A stretch of DNA of 64,000 nucleotides, from assembly GCF_006345805.1 (NCBI RefSeq), contig NC_043009.1, positions 58,466,001 through 58,530,000 on the forward strand, read 5' to 3'. Both the position numbers and the translations under genes were made by a program. Position 1 is the stretch's first letter. Each line of letters starts with the position of its first letter. Shown one piece after another: positions 1-13,926 of the stretch. The notes beneath the pieces were generated by a model. It was not told where the DNA came from and searched no databases. It saw only the letters and a list, made by a program, of their open reading frames with translations. This DNA comes from Octopus sinensis (taxonomy: Eukaryota).

Positions 1-439
1 AAAGACTTCTAGCCAATGCATCTTATCTTTTTGTACATCTAATAGTACACTTTCCTCATTATGCTGAAATTAAAAAAAAAAAAATACAGGGTTTAAATTT
101 TGATCGCCATCGTCGCGGCATTTTCTTAGCAATTCGATTGGCCGCGGAAATGTAATCTTCTTAGTTCGGTTTGATGATCAAGCTGCTTTTTGTTGTTGTT
201 TGTTTGTTGCTGTGTGTATTGGAGCGTTGTGGAGATCGTTGTTTTGTTGTTGTGTTGTTGTTCTTCTTCTTCTTCTTGAGAATGTCCACGCTTTCTTCCT
301 TTCATTTCCAGTTTCGATGACGTTTCCGGCAATCTGTCTTTTCGATAATTCGTGGGGAGTATGATTGAGTTTAATAAAACTCGGCCATCACAACCACATC
401 GTCAGCTTTCCCGATTTATGTTCAAACGTACACACATCC

Positions 440-788
440 ACGGTCATATGTCAGTATGTATGCGTATGTGTATATTTGTGTTGTGTGAGTTGTGTGTGTG
501 TGTGTGTGAGTGTCTGCGTGTATGTATGGGTGGTCGTAAGTATACATATATTTATGTATAAGTGTATGCATGTGTGTGTATGTGTGTGTGTATATATATT
601 TAAATATGTATATAAATTATATATAAATATACCTGTACATCTATATGTATATCCATAAACATATGTGCTTGTACGTCTGTTTTTGTGTGTGAATATATGT
701 CTGCGTGTGAGCGTGTGTATGAGCGTATGTGTGTCTATAATGCTATAATGTGTATATATATGTGTGTTTGTGTGTATATGTATATACG

Positions 789-844
<56 letters not shown>

Positions 845-892
845 TGTATGTATATATGTGAACACGTAGATATAAAAAGTGAGAGTGAAAGT

Positions 893-915
<23 letters not shown>
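440..915. repeat. Compound microsatellite block (TG/TA/TATG/GA)
   Basis: Direct reading: (TG)n, (TA)n, (TATG)n and (GA)n runs; explains the overlapping low-complexity ORFs. Confidence 0.9.
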
Positions 916-924
<9 letters not shown>

Positions 925-1519
925 CAAAGAGAAATCTTGATAACAGTTCGTTCTCAATTCTCATATCCGTTTGTTAGCGGTGATTTTATTAGAGTCGGCC
1001 GAGAGAAAGGGAGATAATTGTGCATTAGAAACGACGTGAATATATACTAACACAAACACATTTGTGCATCCAAACATGATACTCTCACACATACATGTAA
1101 AGGTATTAATGACTACATATATATATATACAAGCTGCATACTACGCACTCAGGCACACTTACACAAACACACGCAGACACACGCAGAGACACACAGACAC
1201 ATAGAGCGAAGAAAAAATTGTTGAGAGATCAAATTAAAATTGACAGCTGACCAAGAAAATAAATAGTGAATTAACGTTAGAGAGTTTAGCGGTGAGATAT
1301 ATAGACAAATATAACTCACAAGCTTATATACATATCCAATCACGAAAGATCTGTGTGTGTGTGGTGTGTGTGTGCGTGTGTGTGTGGGTGATATAATATA
1401 TGTGATTAATTATCTATAAACATATACGCGTGTGTATATCTTGTGATTCTTTATAGAGAGATAAATCAGTGACACAGAAATAATAATAATACAATATAAT
1501 AATATATAGTTAATATTGG

Positions 1520-1551
<32 letters not shown>

Positions 1552-1584
1552 GTGTGTGTATGTATATATATATGTGTGTGTGTG

Positions 1585-1628
<44 letters not shown>

Positions 1629-1956
1629 TGTATGTATGTATGTGTCCATGCACATATGTATGCATATATGTATATGAATAAAGAAACATAATTCGTTGCT
1701 ATTATGCAAAAGTGTCGTAAGTTTTAAGCGCTGCTTTTTTTTTTTTTTGTCAGAAAAAAGATAAAACAGTTTCAGTATTTCATGGCAAAATCGTTGAAGT
1801 GACCTTGAGACAATTTTTGATATATTGGCATCTGAAGCAGATGCAGATACGATAATCTGACAAAAGGTACCGGCTCTTGCAAGCAAAATTAAATATTGAA
1901 AAACTTAAAACGCATTTGGCCAAATTTGGATATACGACAGTTTCACATAATAGTAA

Positions 1957-2019
<63 letters not shown>

Positions 2020-2146
2020 AATTGAGATAGGGGTTGTAAATGCAACCCTACATGGGATAACATATATCCAATATACTGCTAGTGAAGTACCCAACGAAGT
2101 TAATGCATAAATGTTAAGGATTGCGATGCAATCAATTCATTTACTG

Positions 2147-2217
<71 letters not shown>

Positions 2218-2458
2218 CATACATACATACATACATACATACATACAAATATATATATACAGATCTATCTATCTATCTATCTATTTATCCACCTAGCTTT
2301 TTGTCATATAAATGTATATATTCAATTGTAACTGAAGCTGGGAGTTTGTCCGGAGATTCCACTTCCACGCTGCTTCGATCCTCAGATCAATTCTCAGCTT
2401 CAGTTTCAGTAGAATAAACCCATATCCTCTTACACAATTACTTCTGTCTCAATCACTC

Positions 2459-2576
<118 letters not shown>

Positions 2577-3305
2577 CGCACATGCACTGTATACATACGG
2601 AATCTTGTCACGGAATTGCTACCGTGAATAACTAGGATATACATACACGAACAAAGTTACTTTTTACTCCTTACTCGCTGGAAAATCTAATGCTAATTAG
2701 CTAAATTTGTGCTCCTAATATCTCCATTTCCCTCAATATATAAGTACAGTGCCTTCGTAAAACCTACAATGATTATCCAATTGTGTATAATATGAAATCC
2801 CAAAAGAACATAACGCCTATTATAATTTCCTCATTCGTGTTCAAACATTATTACGGGCTTAATTGATAATAATGTTACAATGTTTTCCCACATAATGATG
2901 CTTTTGTACGTTTCCCAAGAATATTAATATACAATAATTCAATCAGTCGTAATATCGCTACCTTTTTGCAAAGTTTGGTTTACAAAAATCACATTAAAGC
3001 TCCCTAATACCCCAAACCCACGAAATGGATGTTTTCGTTCGTTTATTTAATAACGTCTCATAGATACCCACAATGATACACCCACGTTCAGTTATGTGCA
3101 CCAACAAGCACGTGATGACTCGTTAACTTGTCTATGTAGGCACAAGAGCGCAGTTTGGAAAGTTTAAACAAGGAGACGTAGACACGGAAACATCACCGAC
3201 GTAGTACACAGATAAGGAGAACAAATCCATCACGAATCAAAATATAAATAAATACCGATACAAGAAAGGAAAAACCCAACAATATGGTGCTGTTTGCTTT
3301 AAGAA

Positions 3306-3836
3306 GCAATATATGAAAGTATGATAAGGAATATTAAGCCGAAGGACCATCATAAGGTGAAATTAATAGCTGCAATGGAAGGATGGAAAATACACAAATA
3401 CATATATAAGGTAAAGCTGACCTTCCATCATGAATTACCATGGGATTGCACATAGAAAGTTCCCCTCTGAGGCACAAGTCTGGGCAATATATGAAAGTAT
3501 AATAAAGAATATTAAGATGAAGAACCATCATTAGGTGAAATTAATAGTTACCATGTAAGGATGGAAAATAAACATATACATACATAAGGTAAAGCCGACC
3601 TTCCGTCATGAATGACCATGGGATTGCACATAGAAAGTTCCCCTCTGAGGCACAAGTCTGAGCAATATATGAAAGTATAATAAGACGAAGAACCATCATA
3701 AGGTGAAATTAATAGTTACAATGCAAGGATGGGAAATATACAGATACTTAAGGTAAAGTGTAAAGACTCCCTTCCGTCATAAATGAGCATGGGATTGCAC
3801 CTAGAAATTTCCCCTCCGAGAAACAAGTATAGGCAA
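3306..3836. repeat. Tandem triplication, ~178-bp unit (SINE 3' end plus flank)
   Basis: GCAATATATGAAAGT recurs at 3306, 3484 and 3662; each unit contains the family C SINE tail (CTTCCGTCATGAATGACCATGGGATTGCAC). Confidence 0.9.
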
Positions 3837-4138
3837 GATTGTGTGTGTGTGTGTGTGTCTGTCGAGCGAATGAGACAGAAGTAAATTTGTAAGTATGCAG
3901 CAGTCGCCGTTGCATACCAGCCGCCCGTCTCAACGTAAACCGATGTAATCCAAGGGGAAGGTAATGCCCGATACAACTTGATACCAGTGACGTCGCAAAT
4001 CATTTTTACAACTGTTTGAACTGGAGCAGCATTAAATAAAGTGTCTTGCTCAAGAGCTCAACACATAGCCCGGCCTGGGAGTTGAACTTACTACCAAGTG
4101 ATTGTGAGCCCAACGCTTTAAACTCTATGCCATGCGCC
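3765..4138 (-). mobile_element. tRNA-derived SINE, family C (degenerate)
   Basis: Homologous by eye to 31821-32156 and 45301-45633; head GGCGCATGGC on the minus strand at 4138. Confidence 0.8.
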
Positions 4139-4630
4139 ATACATACATACATACATGCATACAGTCATACATACAAACATACCTACATACATACACATAT
4201 ACTTACGGGATGTATGTGTATGTGTGATTGTATATTTGTGCGTGCATGTGTGTGGGTGCATACGTGTGTGTAGCTGTGTGTATCTGTCAGTGCCTGTGTT
4301 TGTGTCCGTGTGTCTTTGTCTGTGTATCCGTGGTAAGTGTATTTAAAAAAGATTTTAAAAAGAATTCTTGACATCGATACAATATTTGAAGAAATATTTT
4401 CTTAAACTGAAATTTATTATATTCAATAAAAAAAAAAAAAAAAAAGAATACAGAAGTTTTAATGAAATTATTAGAAGGAACCTGACTAAGGAATATTTGA
4501 GCAAGTGCTTTCGGTATTTTCAATATCTTTGAAGAGATAAAACCAGCGAAAGTGCTGACACATTACGATAATTTACTTCAATAGGCTGGCGTCATGTTTT
4601 TCTTTTTTCGTAGAGATTTGAATATTAATA

Positions 4631-4810
4631 TTGCTGAGCTGGCCCAATCGCTAGCACGCCGAAAAAAATGATAGAGACATTTCTTCTGTCTTTACATTCT
4701 GAGTTAAAAAATCCGCCGACGTTGACTTTGCTTTTCAACCTTTGAGGGTCGCTCTAATGAGGACCAGCTGAGCACTGCGCTCGTTGAAATCGAATAACCC
4801 ACTCCCAAAG
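4631..4810 (+). mobile_element. SINE family B (degenerate)
   Basis: Head GCTGAGCTGG..TAGCACGCCG, B-box-like CTGAGTTAAAAAATCC, central GACTTTGCTTTTCAACCTTT motif. Confidence 0.7.
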
Positions 4811-4825
4811 AATACTCTTCATTTC

Positions 4826-5030
4826 TCTAGGCAGAAGGTCCGAAATTTTTAGGGAGGGGGAAGTCGATTAGATTGACCCCGATACGCAACTCGTACTTAC
4901 TTTATCGAGCCGAAAGAATGAAAAGCAAAGTCGACCTCGGCGGAGTTTCGAACTCAGAATGTCATGATAGACAAAATTCCGCTAAGCATTTCGCCCGGCG
5001 TGCTAACGTTTCTGCAGGCTCACCGCCTTA
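4826..5030 (-). mobile_element. SINE family B, near full length
   Basis: Minus strand begins AAGGCGGTGAGCCTGCAGAAACGTTAGCACGCCGGGCGAAATGCTTAGCGG, followed by a B-box and the GGTCGACTTTGC central domain. Confidence 0.85.
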
Positions 5031-5049
5031 CTCTCAGTGAATACTCTTT

Positions 5050-5200
5050 TCTAATCGAGGCACAAGGCCCGAAATTTTGGGGGAGAGGGCTAGTCGATGA
5101 GATCGACTCCACTACGCAACAAGTACTTAATTTATCGACCCCGACAGGATGAAATGCAAGGTTGACCGCGGCGGAATTTGAACTCAGAACGTAAAGACAG
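5050..5200 (-). mobile_element. SINE family B, interrupted by a hammerhead element
   Basis: Family B body up to GAACGTAAAGACAG; the consensus continuation (AGACG.AATACC) resumes at ~5327. Confidence 0.75.
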
Positions 5201-5325
5201 CCTGATGAAGGCTGGAGGGTATATCAAACGAAACGTTGTGTTAACAGCAAAGAAGAAGACAAATATACGTCAAATGTAAATAATGTAAATAATGTACATA
5301 ATTCCGCATCTCTTAAATATAGAAC
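5201..5325 (+). mobile_element. Headless copy of the hammerhead-containing element
   Basis: CTGATGAAGGCTGGAGGGTATATCAAACGAAACGTTGTGTT plus the same 3' body as 55240-55366; core intact, stem II broken (CAAAC for CAGCC). Confidence 0.85.
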
Positions 5326-5364
5326 CAGACGTAATACCCAGAGAGCACAAAGAGGAACAGACAC

Positions 5365-5531
5365 ACAGATTAAGTCGATTACATCGACCTTAGTGCATAA
5401 CTGGTACTTATTGAATCGACCCCGAAAGGATAAAAGGCAAAGTCGACCTCGGCGGAATTTGAACTCAGATCGTAGCGGCAGACGAAATACTGCTAAGCAT
5501 TTCGCCCGGCGTGCTAACGTGTATGCCAGCT
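5365..5531 (-). mobile_element. SINE family B
   Basis: GGCAAAGTCGACCTCGGCGGAATTTGAACTCAGA...GCTAAGCATTTCGCCCGGCGTGCTAAC. Confidence 0.85.
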
Positions 5532-5570
5532 GGTTTATGCCTTACTCCCAATGAATATTGTAACACTTTG

Positions 5571-5765
5571 GGCAGTGAACTGGCAGATCGGAAGCATGCC
5601 GGTCAAAATGCAGAGTAACACTTCGTCCGTCTTTAAGTACTGAGTTCAAAATGCGCCCAAGGTTATTTCCGGGTCGTTAGAATAAGTACAAGCCGAGCAC
5701 TGCTGCGGATGTAATCGACTTTCTCCCTACCCCGGAGCTGCTCGCTTTTGCCAAAATTCAAAACC
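5571..5765 (+). mobile_element. SINE family B (degenerate)
   Basis: GGCAGTGAACTGGCAG head, CTGAGTTCAAAAT B-box-like motif, GATGTAATCGACT motif. Confidence 0.65.
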
Positions 5766-6837
5766 AATATTGTAAAATAAATGTTGATAGAAATTAAAAG
5801 CACATTTCTGTGACAGAAACAATGACAGGTTCATCGAGGGTTCGAAAAGAGACATTTAAACACTATTGCTATATCTCAACTATATAATCGGTTGGTCATT
5901 TATTACTAGCTGTATCGTCTATACTATTAATGCCAATATAGCTTTCTTTCCGATGGGAAATGACCAGATAAATCAAATTTGATTGAATTAACTATCAAGC
6001 AGAATAAGTAATATATTAAAATCGACACAAGCCTCTTTGGAGTCTGTTCCTAAGTAATATGTTATATGTAATATATTATATGTGAAGTTGTGATAGAAAA
6101 TAAAAGAGTTACAGATCCATTAAAGGGGCGCAATCCGAGTACATAAATAGCTTGTCGGAATATATTACAGAGTTGTTAACATTATTCGTCGTCTGCCTTG
6201 TTAATGTCAATTGTTTTCACTATTTTTACTGAATTATTTTATATTCATAATCAGTGTCTCTCTCTCTTTTCGTTAGCATTTAAATACAGAGTTTCGTAGT
6301 GGACGCAGGCATGACTCAGTAGTCAAGGAGTCCGGACAGAATTTCGAGGTATCGAGTTCGATTTCCCTCCCTGATATTTTTTGACAAATTTCATTTATTA
6401 CATTATCAGCTCGGCTCCGCATCTTCATCGTCCAACGCCTTATCACAACGAGAAAGAACTACATATTCAATTTTACATTTGGTTTCACATGAAACTTAAC
6501 TGCATACGCCATACTTCCATATTTGCACGCTAGTGCTGTCCAGTGGTATATTAAAATCTCATTCTAAAACAATGGTAATGTTTGTATCCCGCTCAATGAG
6601 GCTGTCATGCATGAACGCTGTGTACTGCGGTAAGCGCCCTCATATAACGTTAGCGTATTTCTACTAAAGATATGAATATGTTCATAGCACCCTGCGTCGT
6701 TACTTGAGGTTCTCTCAAGGCGAAAACCGCAGTATTCAGGGGTTCTGGCAATGCATCCGCATTGAGCTTGAAATGATGGTTAACATTCAGCGTTATTACT
6801 GCTTCCGTCATCGAGAATTTTATGTTTTCTGACATAC

Positions 6838-6942
6838 ACTAAGCGTTGACGCAGACCAAACACAGGCTTTTAAGAAATCCTGCTTGGCAATGTTGCTGGG
6901 AGGCATGGCCGTTTCCTCTACAGGTACAACAGCGTCGTCAAC
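6838..6942 (-). CDS. Candidate 105-nt phase-0 coding exon, product unknown
   Basis: Minus-strand acceptor TTTTCTTTCCTTCACATAG, a single open frame VDDAVVPVEETAMPPSNIAKQDFLKACVWSASTLS, donor GTATGT. No family recognised. Confidence 0.3.
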
Positions 6943-7559
6943 CTATGTGAAGGAAAGAAAACTAGTCCTGTAAGCAAACTTTTAATTCCGTGAATTATGG
7001 AATTTTGTCAAACATGTCCGGTTGCTAATTGAGCCCATCGTGAGGATCACAGTGCATCTGTCCTCAACTTCGAGTCACACATGAAAATAAAGGTGAAGGT
7101 GGAGAGGAAGGAAGAGCAGAGGAGGGAGACTTACAAAGAGATAGGTGGAGAGAGAGGGAGAATAATAGAGAGAGAGCGAGGAGAGTAGGAGAGGGTTGGA
7201 GAGTACGAGGGAGAGGGAGAGTAGCAAAGAGAATAAAAGAGAGACAGATGCAGCGTTGAAGGATAATTTACAGAAACGGGAATCAGAAAGCCAACGTGTG
7301 TCTATCCCATAATGCAACTGTAGTCAATTGAATATGGCTAATGAAGAAGAAGCTCTCTCGATAGAAAGAATAAACCAGGGCTTGTGCAGTGTCAGTGATT
7401 AGCCCCACGTAACGACCCCCTATTAAAATGTACCGCTTTCTTTTCACTTTTTTTCTTTCTGCCTAAATTCTTATACACAGTTCTATATAAACCCTCAGAA
7501 TTATTTCACAAATTTTCCCTATAATATCCCTGCATCCGTCGCCCTTGTGGCAGAACTAA

Positions 7560-7641
7560 AAAAAATTATTATTATTATAAATTGTTATTATTATTAATAT
7601 TATTATTATTATTATTATTTTTATCATTATTATCATTATTA

Positions 7642-7672
<31 letters not shown>

Positions 7673-7727
7673 TATCATCATGATTATTATTATTATTATA
7701 ATTTCTATTGTGGTGGTTTTTGTTTTT

Positions 7728-7763
<36 letters not shown>

Positions 7764-7775
7764 GGTTTTTTTGTT
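7560..7775. repeat. (ATT)n/(GTA)n trinucleotide microsatellites
   Basis: Direct reading. Confidence 0.9.
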
Positions 7776-8205
7776 ATTGTTGTCATTCTTATTTCACATA
7801 TATACTTTTTTTTTCGCTCCCAATGTATTTTTTTAAAGTTTAATTTTATCGTTTGTGTATTGTAGATAATTGAAAGCGATGCTAAGTTCAAACAGTCGGC
7901 ACACATCAAAGGAAACTTGCTGAGGCATACAAAGGAGGGAGATTTTTCATATCTGACTAAAAATGGAAAGGATGTTGGGAGGGGAGAGGAAGGGGGTTGA
8001 GTAAGTGCTTGGTGCTTCATGTAAGTATGTTTATATGCATTGAGGTATATATAAATATGTGTACACACAGACAAACTCACACGCACATAAACATACCCCT
8101 ACAATGACGAAGTGCACATATATATAGACGTATGTGATTAAACACACACATATGTATGTATATACAATACATGTAAGTGTGAGTGTGTGTGTGTCTTTAT
8201 GTAAG

Positions 8206-8239
<34 letters not shown>

Positions 8240-8601
8240 AATATATAAACAACACACGAGGTGTATGTATGTAAACATATGCTTAGATGTGTATGCTTTT
8301 TTTCTGGTATATATTTTGTGTGTGTGTGTGTGTGTGAATGTATGAGCAAAGATATGTGGGCGTGTATATAGGAATATATACTTACATATTTTCCTACTTG
8401 CAATTAAACATACGTACACTCACATACAATTTCTATATGTATTTACGACACACACATAGATACATACATACAAACATACATACATGCATGCATCATGCAT
8501 ATATGTATATTATATACACACATATGCTCATTTATATGTATAAATATATTATATATATATATATATATATACAAATTATATATATATATATATATACATA
8601 C

Positions 8602-8661
<60 letters not shown>

Positions 8662-9279
8662 TATATACATATATATATATATATTATTAGATATATATAT
8701 ATAATATATATATATATATAAATGAGCATACATGTTCCTGATTGCGTTTGTGGTGGTGGTGTTTTCTTTTATTTATGTATTTGTGTAAAACTGTTAATTC
8801 CGATCAATATTTCTTTCTACATTTTGGTAGGTCGATGCCTAGCGAGAACAGAGATGGTTTGGTCGGTTGTGTTATGGTAAATGAAAAATAAAAACAAAAA
8901 AAAAATAGTACAACAAGTAATAAAAAAAAAATAATACTTAATGACGAAAACATCAGCATCAGTAACTTCATCAGCAGTGAGGAGAGCAACAATAACAAAA
9001 CGAATCTGTGAAATGAATGTCAGAGACCACAAAATATATCAGAAACACAAAAAATAAAAGAAAAAAAAAAACAACCAAAAAGACTGAAAAGAAAAGAATA
9101 ACAAAAATAGCAACGAAAAAAGAAGCAAGAAATACTATAAGTGTATAAAAGAACCAAAATAAGATGAAAAATTAAAAATAATTATAAAGAATAAACAAAC
9201 GAAGAAAAAAAAAGGAAAACAATGTAAAACATGAAAGTGAAATGTATAAATACTTGGAAAAGAAGATATATTAGTGAAC

Positions 9280-9471
9280 ATTTAGGCGGTGATGATGATG
9301 GCAATGACGCTGATGATGACGATGATGATGATGATGAGCGCGATGATGGTGATGATGGTGATGATGATGATGACAATGACAGTGATAATGACGATGATGG
9401 TGATGGTGATGATGAGCAGGATGAAGATGCTAATGATGATGATGATGAAGATGGTGATGATGATGATGAGC

Positions 9472-9509
<38 letters not shown>

Positions 9510-9520
9510 TAGATGACGAA

Positions 9521-9556
<36 letters not shown>

Positions 9557-9903
9557 GATGATGTAGATGATGATGATGATGATGATGATGACGATGATGA
9601 TTATGACGGTGATGGTGATGATGAGCAGGATGAAGATGCTAATGATGATGATGATGAAGATGGTGATGATGAATATAATGATGATGCCAATGATGATGCT
9701 GATGCAGCTGCTGCTGCTGATGATGATAATGATCACTGTAATGATAATGCTAATGTTGATCATTATGATGATGATGATGAGGAGGATGACGGTGACCATG
9801 ACGATGATGCTAATGATAATAAGCATAATGATGGTGATGATGATAATGATGACGATGAGGGTGATAACGATGATGGTGATGATGATGATGATAGTAGTGG
9901 TGG

Positions 9904-9936
<33 letters not shown>

Positions 9937-10287
9937 CGAAAATGATAATGACGATGATCACGATAGTGAAGCTGAAGGGGATGCTGCTGCCACTGCTGCT
10001 GGTGATGATGACGATGAGGATGATGGTGATGATGGTGATGATGAGGACGATGATAGGGTAGTATGAAGAGGAAGGTGAAGGGGAATGATGAATAAAATAG
10101 GGACGATGGTGATGGAGGAAGAGGTTGATAAGAAAGTGCATGAGGACGAGGGGAATTTGAAGCGAAGGAGGCAGGACGATGAAGAGTGAAGGGGAGAAGA
10201 GTTGGGGGCGTTGGGGTGATGGTTTGTATGGTGGCGACGATGATGGCAGTAGTAGTGTTCGTGACTGTAGATGTTGTCATGGTGTTA

Positions 10288-10332
<45 letters not shown>

Positions 10333-10425
10333 CTACAGGTGATGGTGGTGGCGATGGTGGAGGTTGGGATGATCCTGAGAATGGCGATGATGACGATGAT
10401 AAGGATCATGGGGATGAAGATGATA

Positions 10426-10460
<35 letters not shown>

Positions 10461-11287
10461 GATGATGTTGATGACAAAGATGATGATGATGATGATTATG
10501 ATGGTGGTGGTGGTGGTGATGGCGGTGATGTTGGTGGAGGTTGATTTGATCCTGAGAATGGCGATGATGACGATGACAAGGATGATGAGGGTGAAGAGGA
10601 CAATGATGATGATGATGAGTAGGATGATGATGATGATGATGATGATGAGGATGATGAGGATGATGAGGATGATAATGAGGATGAAGATGAGGATGAAGAT
10701 GATGTTGATTATAGTGACGATGACGCTGTTCGTCGCGATGGTGACAAGGTAATAGGGTTGATGGTGATGGTGATTACGTTCATGGAGGTGATGTTAATGG
10801 CTATGTTCATTGTGGTTACGTTGAAGAAGGTTCAGGCGATCAGAGCGAGAGAGATGTTGCTGCTGGTTGTGATCATAAATATGGCAGACTAAGGTGCCAT
10901 CCTCGCCGCGGGCGCCGTCGCCGTCGTTGTCGTCGTTCCCGGCGCCACCTCCTCTTCTGTTCATGTCCATGGCGATCGTCATGGTGATAATGTGTAAGAT
11001 GACGAAGGCGATAGTGAAAATGATGATGCACGAGATGATGACGACGACGACGACGACGATGATGATGATGATGATGATGAAGATGATGATGATGAAGATG
11101 ATGATGATGATGATGATGATGATGGTGGTGACGATGACGATGATGATGATGATGATGATGATGGTGATGATGATGGTGATGATGATGATGTTGATGATGA
11201 TGATGATGACGATGATGATGGTGACGATGACGATGATGATGATGATAATGATGATGATGATGATGATGAAGATGATGATGATGATGT

Positions 11288-11334
<47 letters not shown>

Positions 11335-11420
11335 TTGATGATGATGATGATGTTGACGATGATGTTGATGATGGTAGTGGTGGTGGTGGTGGTGGAGGTG
11401 GTGGTAAGGGGATTACAGAC
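9280..11420. repeat. ~2.1-kb GAT-rich trinucleotide mosaic with internal block duplications
   Basis: GAT/GAC/GGT triplets; duplicated blocks at 9411/9620 and 10371/10548. Confidence 0.9.
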
Positions 11421-11932
11421 ATAATGAATATACATTGATAGATTTGCTTGTCCGTTGAACCTCACATTAAACTAAGACGATATTTCTGTATACATACACA
11501 TACATACGCAGACATATGTATAAACGCACATCCACACAAACACATAGACACATATATACATATACATATATTATATATATATATACATACATATTATATA
11601 TATATTATACTACATACATAATATATATATTATACATAAATATATCTACTATATATATATATATAAATATATAAATCTCTATATACGTGAGTGTGTGTAT
11701 GTGTGTATGTATCTATGTATATCTTAAGATATACATCTAAAAATATATATGCTTACGCTTATATTTGTATATATGTTTATGCATATATATTTATAAATAT
11801 TTAATATATATATATGCATAGGTATATGTATATACACATATATGTATATATATATATATATTATATATGTACATATACGTATAGGTATATATATATGTAT
11901 ATGTATGTATGTATGTATATATATATAAATAG

Positions 11933-11966
<34 letters not shown>

Positions 11967-12224
11967 ACATATATATATATTGTTAAACGCATGCATATAT
12001 ACATTATATATTACACATATTAAGAGAAGGGGTGAAAAAACATACAATAAGACCTGTACGTAACACACAGACACACGCATATACATACACCCACATGTAG
12101 ATATCCCTTATTTTCGTGTATGTATTCTTTATATAATTAGGCATACATATATACACATAAATCCCTATCTATATGGGTATATTTGTGGATATATCTACAC
12201 ATAATAAGCGTATATATATGGGTC

Positions 12225-12300
<76 letters not shown>

Positions 12301-12551
12301 GTGTGTTGTGAGTGTGTGTGTGTGTGTGTGTATTTCTGATCGTTTGATTTATGTATGCGAGTGACTGCTTGCATTGTGTGAGTCTGTGTCTCTGTATTTT
12401 TTGAAGAATGCAAAACATGCGGTAAAATAACCCTTTTTAAAACCAGTCTTAAACTTGGAATGATCCTTCAAAACATACAAAAAGAAACACAAAAACAGTG
12501 TGTTTGTTTTTATGTCTGTGTGCGTGTGTGTATATCTATATCTATCTATCC

Positions 12552-12586
<35 letters not shown>

Positions 12587-12604
12587 TATATATATATATA
12601 TCTG

Positions 12605-12637
<33 letters not shown>

Positions 12638-13523
12638 CAGATATAGATAGATCAGATATACATAAAATATACATCAAATAGGCATCAAAATATATGTTGT
12701 ATGAACCTATCCAAGCTAACGTCATAATTAGAATCTATTGTTTGATCTTCCGCCATTGATGTTACCCATCCAACTATCGATCACTCCATCTATTTAACCA
12801 TTTAACCATCGATTTATTGACGTATCCATATTACATCCTTGGAGATTTTTCCTAATGCTGTAACCATTGTTGTTTAACCCAGAATAAGTCTCCCTCCATA
12901 AATCCTATGTTTAAATGATTTCTATCCTTGAATATTAATATTACAAGTTTTTATTTATTTATTTATTTAATGGTAGCCTGTGTTGTTAAGGGAGATTTTG
13001 GTTCTATATTCGGAGAGAAAAGCCACCAAGTAGATTTTTTTCCCCCGTTGGTGCAACGACTGGCGTTTCCTTGGTTTTTAAGTTAGCGATTTACCCCGAA
13101 AAGGTTATCTTTAGCTTTTATCTTTTCCTTGCTTCAGCTATTCGAGTGGGGCCATGCTGGAGCAGTGCCTTGCGGACTTTTCGCTAGATGAAACGATTTT
13201 GTTTTAAAATCGGTAATGATTATATTCCGCTTTTTTGTCTGGCCCCTATACTGCGGGGACGTTAATTCACCGACACCGGTTATCATGGGTGAGGTGGGAT
13301 ACAAAGACGGGCAAAAACACACGTACTCATTGATACACAAACACAAACATACACACAGAACATGCCCACAGACAGACACAGACACGTACAGACAAACACA
13401 TACGCCCACAAACACACACACACGCACGCACACACACACACACACATATATATATATAAACACATGCTTATATATATGTGAGTATTTGCGTGTGTGTGAG
13501 AGTGTGTGCTGCGTGTGTGTGTG

Positions 13524-13626
<103 letters not shown>

Positions 13627-13781
13627 TAGATACATCGACATTGTCTTCCAACTTTTTGGGGTCGATTAAATAAGTGCCAGTTACGCACTGGGGTCGATGC
13701 AAACGACTCAATCCCTTTGTCTCTCCTTGATTGTCCCCTCTATGTTTAGCCCTCTGTGGGCTATAAAGAAATATATATATT

Positions 13782-13812
<31 letters not shown>

Positions 13813-13891
13813 TTATATATTGGGTTCAAACTTTTGCACAAGGCCAGCAATAACAGGGAAGATTGTAAGTCGATTACATGAATCACATAGG

Positions 13892-13926
<35 letters not shown>

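Noticed and set aside
126-332. 68-aa minus ORF with KGRKRG and E/Q/N runs
   Set aside because: Largely built from (GTT)n/(CTT)n, with a TTG start, an upstream in-frame stop and no convincing acceptor.
312-358. Plus-strand micro-exon candidates (312-358 and 8843-8888)
   Set aside because: Plausible acceptors, but their open frames are phase-incompatible with each other and no protein is recognisable.
10898-10987. Protamine-like HPRRGRRRRRCRRSRR frame
   Set aside because: No start codon, 29 codons long, embedded in a trinucleotide mosaic where CGN runs arise by slippage.
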